Shown here: piece by piece, positions 48,367 through 56,322 of the stretch
Numbering within the stretch: position 1 is the first letter of the stretch
Layout: every line of letters starts with the position of its first letter
DNA from: Methanothrix sp.
GTDB lineage: Archaea > Halobacteriota > Methanosarcinia > Methanotrichales > Methanotrichaceae
Length of the DNA stretch: 64,000 nt
Assembly: GCA_963682135.1 (NCBI GenBank)
Contig: OY821645.1
Coordinates: 992,001 to 1,056,000 of the forward strand
Reading direction: 5' to 3'
The notes under the pieces: generated by a model
The model's database searches: none
What the model was told of the DNA's origin: nothing
What the model saw: only the letters and a program-made list of their open reading frames with translations
Translations under genes and position numbers: made by a program

Positions 48367-48458
48367 TTAAGTGAGAAATGGGTGGAGTGTAGTATTAAAA
48401 TCTCTTAATTTCCTTTTCATGCTCCGCTTCAACAGCTCCATCTACTTATTTTTATCGT

Positions 48459-48484
48459 AATACCCCGATGCTTGCATCGGGGAT
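48459..48484. repeat. Orphan IS200/IS605-end-like hairpin
   Basis: Minus-strand ATCCCCGATGCAAGCATCGGGGTATT has the same geometry as plus-strand ATCCCCAACCTGAAGGTTGGGGTATT at 46069-46094. Confidence 0.6.
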
Positions 48485-48499
48485 AAAGGGCATCTGTGT

Positions 48500-48608
48500 C
48501 CAACTTAGGGATAGATCAGATCGATTTAGTACTCTCTTTATGTGGCGGTGCCTCGGATGACCCGTCTGCTTGCAGCGTGGTATGCCGCAGCCGTTTCACT
48601 TCTCGCAC
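48500..48608 (-). other. Possible 5' fragment of a group II intron
   Basis: Minus strand starts GTGCGAGAAGTGAAACGGC and later reads AAAGAGAGTACTAAAT; recalled resemblance to methanogen group II intron 5' ends, unverified. Confidence 0.3.
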
Positions 48609-48724
48609 TTAGCAGTACTACTATTGACTATCTTATCCTCGCCGCCCACCACGCAACACCACAGGAGAACACTCTTTGATACAACAGAACCGTTCTGGGA
48701 AAGATTTATATTGCCATTGCCGTA

Positions 48725-50140
48725 TTGTCAACCAAACTTCGACGTATGGTTTACAATTCAGGAGATGTAATTACGAATCAATCCGCCATAATAATAGTGG
48801 TTTACCTGCTGGCCATGCTGATAATTGGCGCTCGGGGGCTACGTTTGAAGGGTCTGGAAGATTTTCATCTGGCAGGCAGAAATATAAAAGCGATCCTCCT
48901 CACAGGCACCTTTTGTGCAACAATCGTGGGGGCTTCGTCCACCATCGGCATGGCAGGGCTGGGATTTAGGAACGGCCTGCCGGGAGCCTGGTGGATGCTC
49001 TCCGGCACCATTGGAATGCTGGTCCTATCGCTCTTTCTTGCCGGGAAGATCCGCTCCAAGGGTTTCTATACTCTGCCGGAACTGGTGGGCTCATTCTATG
49101 GCGATAAGGTGATGACTGCCGCCTCACTTCTCATCGCCGTCTCCTGGATTGGAGTGATTGCTGTACAGATTGCCGCTGCCGGCAAGGTCCTCAGTGCCAT
49201 CTTTGGAGGAGACGGCACAATATTCATGATTGCCTGTAGCCTGGTATTCATTCTCTATACAGCGCATGGAGGGCAAAGCTCAGTAATCAGAACCGATCTG
49301 GTGCAGTTTCTGATAATAATAACTGGAATGGTTGTCCTATTTTTTGCGGCACTTGATTTTGAAGGAGTAGGCCCTATTTCAAGCCTTAGCTTTCCCACCT
49401 CGGCTCAAATGGGCGGCTGGCAGGTATTATCCATGATAATAGTAGTGGGCTCGGCCTATCTGGTAGGCCCGGATATGTATTCTCGACTGCTTTGCGCCTC
49501 CAGCCCGAGGGATGCTAAAATTTCAGCATTATTCGCGGCCATCATCCTCATACCGCTGGCATTTATCATCACATCCCTGGGCGTGTTCTCCCGATCAATT
49601 CATCCCGCTTCCCCCCCGGAAGATGCCATCTTATCGCTTATGACGGGCCTTCTCTCGCCGGAAATGGTGGGACTGGTGGCTGCAGCTCTTCTGGCGGCAT
49701 TTATGTCATCGGCAGACACGAGCCTCATGACGGTCACATCCATCCTCACCTTCGATATTTATAAAAAGGCAAAGCCCAATGCAGGCACTGCCCATCTGAT
49801 GAACGTCTCCCGGATTGCAGTGGTGCTCATTGGATCCTGTGCCCTTCTCCTGGCAATCTCGCTGCCGGGCATTATCAAGACCCTGCTCATCGCTTACACG
49901 GTTTTCACCAGCGGCCTGCTCCTGCCGACAGTTGCCGGATTCTACAAAGAGCGGCTGGGCCTGACCTCAGGGGGAGCGCTATGTGCTCTCGTAGGTGGAG
50001 GGACAACTGCCCTATTCCTGGGCCAAAGCTTTCCACTGCTGGGCATGGCTGTCTCAGGGGTACTGCTATTGGCCGTAAGCTATCTGGAAAGGCGGCATGC
50101 GAAAGGAAAGGAAAGCCAAGGAGAAAGTACAAATGCTTGA
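48725..50140 (+). CDS. Sodium:solute symporter (SSS/PutP family); start uncertain
   Basis: DFHLAGR, ATIVGAS, YTLPELV, GG..SV..TD.VQ, AAFMSSAD. Confidence 0.92.
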   Translation: MSTKLRRMVYNSGDVITNQSAIIIVVYLLAMLIIGARGLRLKGLEDFHLAGRNIKAILLTGTFCATIVGASSTIGMAGLGFRNGLPGAWWMLSGTIGMLVLSLFLAGKIRSKGFYTLPELVGSFYGDKVMTAASLLIAVSWIGVIAVQIAAAGKVLSAIFGGDGTIFMIACSLVFILYTAHGGQSSVIRTDLVQFLIIITGMVVLFFAALDFEGVGPISSLSFPTSAQMGGWQVLSMIIVVGSAYLVGPDMYSRLLCASSPRDAKISALFAAIILIPLAFIITSLGVFSRSIHPASPPEDAILSLMTGLLSPEMVGLVAAALLAAFMSSADTSLMTVTSILTFDIYKKAKPNAGTAHLMNVSRIAVVLIGSCALLLAISLPGIIKTLLIAYTVFTSGLLLPTVAGFYKERLGLTSGGALCALVGGGTTALFLGQSFPLLGMAVSGVLLLAVSYLERRHAKGKESQGESTNA

Positions 50141-50163
50141 TCGATGTGTATTCTAGGAAAAAT

Positions 50164-52653
50164 ATGACTAGATTTATGATATATATCTTGATAATTCTGG
50201 CGATCGCTAATCCGATTATCGCGACGAATGCAAAGGCGCAAGATATGCCATCCAATTCAGCATCAACTGCAATGAGCGGGATAGATCGTACAATTGCTGA
50301 AAACAATGGGATGAAAATTATTGGGCTTGATATATCAGCGTACCCAAAAATAAAGGTCAATATATTTGCCGATAAATTCTGTGCTCTGTACGGAGATCTC
50401 AAAAAGGAAGACTTCAGGGTTATGGAAGATAAGAGTGATACTACTATCAGCAATTTCTATTTCACGGGCAATGCAACAGGACAAAAGCTTGATCTGGCGA
50501 TCGTCTTTGATGAAACAACCAGCATGGATAGCGAAATAAATGCATTAAAATCGAAGATCAAAGACCTGACTCAAAAGATCAATTCAAGCAGGCTTGATGC
50601 CAGATATTCTTTGGTCACATTCAATGGTGCTGATGTGGCAACGAAGACCAATTGGACCGATGACGCCGGCTCATTTAGAAATGCCATAGGCAGACTCACT
50701 ATCTCAGGGGGAAATCCTGATTTACCAGAAAATTCGCTAGACGGGATAGAGAGGGCGCTGTCTTTTGGATTCAGACCAGAGGCCCAGAAGATCATCATCG
50801 TGGCAACGGATGAACCATCCCAGCAGAAAGGTGATGGAAAATCCAAATCCGTTTATGCAATGGATGATGTCAAGAACGATCTTTTGAAATCCGGTGCCAT
50901 GCTAATTGCCGTCTCTCCGGATTTTCGTAATGCAAATGTCGAAGCTAATGTGCCACGTTCGGATCTGGCAAAGTATGCAGATATGAGAAAGCTGGCAAAT
51001 GAATCCGCCAGCCTGTGGATTGATATAAAAACGGCAGATTTCTCAGAAATATTAAGGCAAATCCAAGGGATACTCACAGGTACATATGTTATCGAGTACA
51101 CATCTGGCAACAAGACACCTTCCGAGAACAGAACGGTCTTTGTCTCTATTGATGCGCCGGGATGCTTGAGAGGCGATGTCTCTGGTGCTTACACCTCGCC
51201 GGGGAGCGCAGCGGCAAACAATGTTCCGCCAGTCATAACCAGCCTGACATCGGATAAGTCAAGCCCACAGGAAGCAGGCACAGTCATATTATGGACGGCT
51301 AATGCATCAGATCCAGATGGCGATTTGATACAATACAAGTTCTACTTAAACGGACTTCCTGCAACCAATTGGCAGTTAAGTAACCAGTGGCCCTGGATCA
51401 CATTTGAAGGCGAATTTCAGGTAGAGGTCCAGGTAAGGGATGGAATGCATGCCGGGCCCAATGAAACGGATGACCGGAAGTGGCAAATATATGAGATAAA
51501 TGCGCCTGCTATTGTTAAAGATATTGAAGAGACCAAAGAGCCTCATGAGTACTCTTGGCAGAAGACCTTTGGAGGATTGTCGGATGATATTGGCGCTGCG
51601 ATCCTGCAGACCTCGGAAGGCGGCTACATAATGACAGGTCATACATCATCTTATGGTGCAGGCGGGATGGATATCTGGATGATCAAGACCGATGCCCAAG
51701 GTAATGAGATATGGAGTGAAACTCTTGGTGGCAAGGGCGATGAATTTGTCACTTCCGTCCAGCAGACTTCTGATGACGGCTATATCATGGTTGGCATAAC
51801 ATCATCTTATGGATCAGGGGGAAGAGATCTATGGATGACAAAGACAGATGCACTGGGAAATAAGCAGTGGGATAAAACCTTCGGAGGATCGTGGGATGAT
51901 GGCGGCATTTCTGTCCGGCAGACCAGGGACGGCGGATTTATCGCAACTGGTGCAACAGGCTCTTTTGGTCCGAGTGTTGTCTGGCTGATCAAGACCGATC
52001 CTAACGGAAACAAAGAATGGGATAAGACCATCTCCCCCGAAGGTGATGTCGGGGAAATGTCCACCGGGTCCTCAGTCCAACAGACCGATGATGGTGGCTA
52101 CATCATTGCCGGCGATTCCTCTAAGGAGAGTGTCTTGCTGATCAAGACTGATGCTCAAGGTAACAAACAGTGGGAGAAGATCTTCGGGGGACTGGCAAGT
52201 GATGGTGCAAACGTTAACGCCAACAGCAGAATCTTGCAGACCTCTGATGGCGGCTATATCATAGATAGCTATACTTCTCAGAATGGTGCAGGGGGAATGG
52301 ATCTTTGGCTGATTAAGGCCGATGCCAAAGGTAATGAGATCTGGAATAAGACTTATGGCGGCAAGGGCGATGACTTTGGCACCACTATTCAGCAGACCTC
52401 GGATGACGGCTATATCATAACCGGCCACACATCTTCTTATGGCGCAGGCGGGATGGATCTATGGATGATCAAGATCGATGCCGCAGGTAATGAGATCTGG
52501 AGTAAGACCTTTGGCGGCAAGGGCGATGACTTTGGCGCTGCGATCCAGCAGACCACAGATGGCGGCTATATCATGACAGGCCGTACATCATCTTATGGTG
52601 CCGGCGGCATGGACCTATGGATGATCAAGACCGATGCTAACGGAAATGTGTAA
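50164..52653 (+). CDS. Secreted VWA-domain protein with an Ig-like spacer and beta-propeller-like repeats (start moved to 50164)
   Basis: Signal peptide; MIDAS-like DETTSM, PENSLDG, VATDE; about seven W.KTFGG...QQT.DGGYI...IKTD..GN repeats. Confidence 0.88.
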   Translation: MTRFMIYILIILAIANPIIATNAKAQDMPSNSASTAMSGIDRTIAENNGMKIIGLDISAYPKIKVNIFADKFCALYGDLKKEDFRVMEDKSDTTISNFYFTGNATGQKLDLAIVFDETTSMDSEINALKSKIKDLTQKINSSRLDARYSLVTFNGADVATKTNWTDDAGSFRNAIGRLTISGGNPDLPENSLDGIERALSFGFRPEAQKIIIVATDEPSQQKGDGKSKSVYAMDDVKNDLLKSGAMLIAVSPDFRNANVEANVPRSDLAKYADMRKLANESASLWIDIKTADFSEILRQIQGILTGTYVIEYTSGNKTPSENRTVFVSIDAPGCLRGDVSGAYTSPGSAAANNVPPVITSLTSDKSSPQEAGTVILWTANASDPDGDLIQYKFYLNGLPATNWQLSNQWPWITFEGEFQVEVQVRDGMHAGPNETDDRKWQIYEINAPAIVKDIEETKEPHEYSWQKTFGGLSDDIGAAILQTSEGGYIMTGHTSSYGAGGMDIWMIKTDAQGNEIWSETLGGKGDEFVTSVQQTSDDGYIMVGITSSYGSGGRDLWMTKTDALGNKQWDKTFGGSWDDGGISVRQTRDGGFIATGATGSFGPSVVWLIKTDPNGNKEWDKTISPEGDVGEMSTGSSVQQTDDGGYIIAGDSSKESVLLIKTDAQGNKQWEKIFGGLASDGANVNANSRILQTSDGGYIIDSYTSQNGAGGMDLWLIKADAKGNEIWNKTYGGKGDDFGTTIQQTSDDGYIITGHTSSYGAGGMDLWMIKIDAAGNEIWSKTFGGKGDDFGAAIQQTTDGGYIMTGRTSSYGAGGMDLWMIKTDANGNV
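51550..52650 (+). repeat. ~150-bp coding tandem repeats (beta-propeller-like blades)
   Basis: Near-identical nucleotide copies such as ACATCATCTTATGGTGC.GGCGG.ATGGA, GGCAAGGGCGATGA, GGCTATATC. Confidence 0.85.
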
Positions 52654-52994
52654 GGAGCCAAAGAGATGATAAACCGCGAGAGAGGTGCAAAGGGGTGATT
52701 GATGATTCGCATGCATTTTTCGATGTTATCCAATTATAATCGCCCTCGCATTTTACCTTTTTCGTGGTATTCAGAGTGGCACCGAGCAACGCCTAGGTCC
52801 CCGCGCGCGTGCTCCCGCAGGAGCTATTCATCTCCTTTCGCAAAGGCTGATATCAGGTATGAATATATCCAAATTTTTTTTATTGCAGTTTAATGCTTGA
52901 ACTTGATAAATACATACTGATTGGTATCGTAATCATTGTCAAAAGCTGAAACTACATAAGCCCTAAATAGGTACAGTCCTAATAGTGAAGAACT

Positions 52995-54404
52995 ATGTAT
53001 AAAATGGGTCTTACTGGATTTTTTTTTGTTACGCTTGCAGCTCTTATGGGTATTCGGAATTTTCCGACAATGGGATTGGTGCAATGGCAGTTGATTGCCT
53101 ATTCAATTGCGGCTATCATACTATATCTGATTCCTGTTTCTCTGGCTTCCGCAGAAATGGCTACTGGGTGGCCACAAACGGGCGGTGTATATGTATGGGT
53201 TAAGGAAGCTTTTGGTCAGAAGTGGGGATTTACAGCGGTCTGGTTGCAGTGGTTCCAGATGACCATAGGATTTATAGGAGTCTTGACCTTTGTCGCGGCA
53301 ACATTCGCCTATGCTATTAACCCTGCTCTGTCCAATAATAAATTGTACGAATTTCTGGTCATTGCTGTTGTGTGGTGGATTTTCACATTCCTGAACTTCA
53401 GAGGACTCAAAACATATGCCAGGATCTCAACCGTCTTTGTCTCGATCGGGGTATTGATTCCGGCTGCTATTCTGATAATCGGCGGCCTTTGGCGCATATT
53501 TTCCGGGACGCATCCGCTCCAGTTTACCTTACACCCTACCTTTAGCGATCTTATTCCCAACCTCATGGACATTAACAACATTGCGCTACTGATAACCTTC
53601 GTCTTCCTCTTCATTGGTGTGGAAATGACTGCAGTTCACGCAAAGGAGATAAAAGACGTAGGCCGTAATTATCCACTGGGCATTCTTCTTGTGGGTATAG
53701 TCCTGACTGTGGTAAGTATTGTTGGTTCCATTGTCGTAGGACTTGTTATTCCTGCCTCTACCTTGAACCTCATGGCCGGCATAATGCAGGCATTTGAGGC
53801 AATATTTGGACTGGGAATAATTACTACCATAATAGCGCTTATGATCACCATAGGAGCAATCGGCCAGGCATCATCTTGGATCGTGGGTCCGGTTCGAGGC
53901 ATTCTGATAACCGCTAAAGACGGCAACCTGCCCAAAATCCTGCAAAAAGAGAATGAGAATGGAATGCCGGTAAACATGATGATCTTGCAGGCAGTTATCG
54001 TCACGTTCTGGGGTGCAGTGTATGCGCTCCTGCCCGGTGGAGTCAACAGTTCATTTTGGATCTTATTCGCCCTGACCACATTGGTTTACATCGTGATGTA
54101 TCTCTTAATGTATGCTTCTTTGATCAAACTCCGGTATTCTAAGCCTGATGTACCACGTATTTTTAAAATACCAGGCGGGAAAACAGGTGTATGGTTGGTA
54201 GGTGGGTGGGGCTTTATTGCCATGGCATTCCTGTTTATCGTAGCCCTGTTTCCGCCCAGCGAGATATCAGGTAGCGGTTTAACCTCCACAGAATACGTAG
54301 CCTTTCTGCTTGGCGGGACTATCCTGATAACCATAATTCCCATCATCATTCACTCTCTTCGCAAGCCAGGATGGAAACCTGAATCGATGCAGGAAGAGGA
54401 TTAA
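52995..54404 (+). CDS. APC-family amino-acid antiporter (GadC-like), copy 1
   Basis: AEMATGWPQTGGVYVWVKEAFG, FIGVEMTAVHA, NYP, GNLP, R.FKIPGGK. Confidence 0.9.
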   Translation: MYKMGLTGFFFVTLAALMGIRNFPTMGLVQWQLIAYSIAAIILYLIPVSLASAEMATGWPQTGGVYVWVKEAFGQKWGFTAVWLQWFQMTIGFIGVLTFVAATFAYAINPALSNNKLYEFLVIAVVWWIFTFLNFRGLKTYARISTVFVSIGVLIPAAILIIGGLWRIFSGTHPLQFTLHPTFSDLIPNLMDINNIALLITFVFLFIGVEMTAVHAKEIKDVGRNYPLGILLVGIVLTVVSIVGSIVVGLVIPASTLNLMAGIMQAFEAIFGLGIITTIIALMITIGAIGQASSWIVGPVRGILITAKDGNLPKILQKENENGMPVNMMILQAVIVTFWGAVYALLPGGVNSSFWILFALTTLVYIVMYLLMYASLIKLRYSKPDVPRIFKIPGGKTGVWLVGGWGFIAMAFLFIVALFPPSEISGSGLTSTEYVAFLLGGTILITIIPIIIHSLRKPGWKPESMQEED

Positions 54405-54459
54405 CCTATGATAGCAAAAGCACTATCATCGGAGCAAAACCAATAAACCGAGTGATTTC

Positions 54460-55875
54460 ATGCGTGCTACTGATAATGATAATATTTTCAAAATGAGCCT
54501 TCCGATCTTTACACTTGTCACACTTGCCTCTCTTTACAATATACGCAAATTTCCGACCCTTGCAGAACTCCATTGGGAATTGGTGACCTTTTCTCTTATT
54601 GCATTCGTCATCTATCTCATTCCTGCATCTCTGGTATCGGCAGAACTGGCCACAGGCTGGCCACAGGCGGGCGGAGTGTACGTATGGGTTAAGGAAGCCT
54701 TTGGTGAGAGGTGGGCATTCACTGCAGTATGGTTGCAGTGGTTTCAGATGACCATAGGATTTGTGGCAGCTTTGAGTTTCATTGCTGCTACGCTATCCTA
54801 TGTTTTTAACCCTGCCCTGGCCAACAGCAAACTCTACGAATTCATCGTAATAGTTGTCATTTGGTGGGCCTTGACGTTATTTAATCAGAGGGGACTGAAA
54901 ACCTACACACTTATCAGTTCATCCTTTCTAATTATAGGAATGATAATTCCATCCATTCTCTTAATTGGGGGGGCTTTATCATATGTCATGTCCGGCAACC
55001 CTGTTCAGATGACTCTGAGGCCAAATCTAAGCGATTTTATGCCTGATTTCACTAACCTCAACTCCATGGTGCTCCTACTGACTTTTGTATTCCTTTTTTT
55101 TGGAATTGAAATGACCGCCACCCATGCAAAGGAGATAAAAAATGTCAGGAGAAACTATCCCCTGGCTATTTTGATGGTCGGATTGGTCATGACCGCAGCA
55201 AGTATTGTAGGTGCCCTCTTGTTGGCTATGCTTGTGCCCAAGGAGAATCTAAACCTTCTGGCGGGTATAATGCAAGCATTTGAGAAGATACTTGGCTCTC
55301 ATAGCTGGATCGTATCGGTGATCGCACTTATGATCGCAATAGGGTCTATTGGTGAGGCTTCAACGTGGATTCTGGGCCCCATCCGAGGATTGGCATCAAC
55401 AGCTAAAGAAGGAAGCTTACCACCCATTCTCCAAAAGATTAACAAAAATCAGATACCTGCAAATATTATGATTCTACAGGCCTTATTGATTACTTTTTGG
55501 GCAGCAGTATACGTGCTTCTGCCCGGTGGAGTAAATGGCTCCTACTGGATGCTGCTCTCTCTTACTTCACTGGTCTATCTTGTGATGTATTTTTTCATGT
55601 ATGCAGCAGCCATAAAATTGAGATATTCGCAACCCGATGTTAAAAGGCCTTTTAAAATACCTGGTGGGAAGAAAGGAATGTGGTTAGTATCCGGATTCGG
55701 ATTAATTGCCCTGATATTCATCTTCATACTGGCATTAATACCCCCCAGCCAGATCACCATCACAGGCTTATCAACATTACAGTACTTGATATTCATGCTT
55801 GGTGGAGTCACTTTCATTACTCTGGTCCCTTTAATCGTCTATTCAAGACGTAAACCCGAATGGAAACCAAGATGA
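54460..55875 (+). CDS. APC-family amino-acid antiporter (GadC-like), copy 2
   Basis: Same motifs as copy 1 and colinear with it. Confidence 0.9.
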   Translation: MRATDNDNIFKMSLPIFTLVTLASLYNIRKFPTLAELHWELVTFSLIAFVIYLIPASLVSAELATGWPQAGGVYVWVKEAFGERWAFTAVWLQWFQMTIGFVAALSFIAATLSYVFNPALANSKLYEFIVIVVIWWALTLFNQRGLKTYTLISSSFLIIGMIIPSILLIGGALSYVMSGNPVQMTLRPNLSDFMPDFTNLNSMVLLLTFVFLFFGIEMTATHAKEIKNVRRNYPLAILMVGLVMTAASIVGALLLAMLVPKENLNLLAGIMQAFEKILGSHSWIVSVIALMIAIGSIGEASTWILGPIRGLASTAKEGSLPPILQKINKNQIPANIMILQALLITFWAAVYVLLPGGVNGSYWMLLSLTSLVYLVMYFFMYAAAIKLRYSQPDVKRPFKIPGGKKGMWLVSGFGLIALIFIFILALIPPSQITITGLSTLQYLIFMLGGVTFITLVPLIVYSRRKPEWKPR

Positions 55876-55897
55876 CTTTCCATTTTTTCTAATCACC

Positions 55898-56256
55898 TCA
55901 TTCTCTAATCTCAAAGGGATAGAGGAAGATACCAGACACCATTTTGGTCGTATAATTTCCTTTCGACCCCATGACTACCAGAATGTTTTTGTCCAGCTCA
56001 AGTAGCATCTGACGTTCGTCTCCGGCAGGCGCAACGGCCCTTCCGTCCGGCAAGATATTAGCCACCGCCAGGATGTTGCCCTCACCCTCGGATATCGCCT
56101 TGAAGACAGCCAGCTTCTGGGTGCTGGTGGACAGGCCGCAAAGGGCATTCTCGATGTTGCTGCCGGAGTAGATCTTGCCGGAGGAGGTGAGCACTGCCGA
56201 GCCCACCGGGTAGCGCGAATATGATGCATAGGTGTTGAAGCTGGCCTGGCGCGAGG
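55898..56256 (-). pseudogene. cdd: Degenerate cytidine deaminase homolog
   Basis: In-frame RQASFNTYASYSRYPVGSAVLT..GKIYSGSNIENA is cdd-like, but CAE reads STQ and PCGxCRQ reads PAGDERQ; no clear start. Confidence 0.7.
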
Positions 56257-56322
56257 CAGTTTTGCGAAAACTATTTCTACAATTGCCGTAGTTCCTCTCA
56301 TCTCACAAGTGAGGCTAGACGC

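Noticed and set aside
48420-48725. Riboswitch (e.g. TPP) upstream of the sodium:solute symporter
   Set aside because: The CTGAGA / CCTGA / AGCGTAGGGA core motifs are absent
51550-52650. Regular repeats as a CRISPR array
   Set aside because: They are degenerate in-frame coding repeats without unique spacers; no CRISPR array or cas gene was seen anywhere in the window
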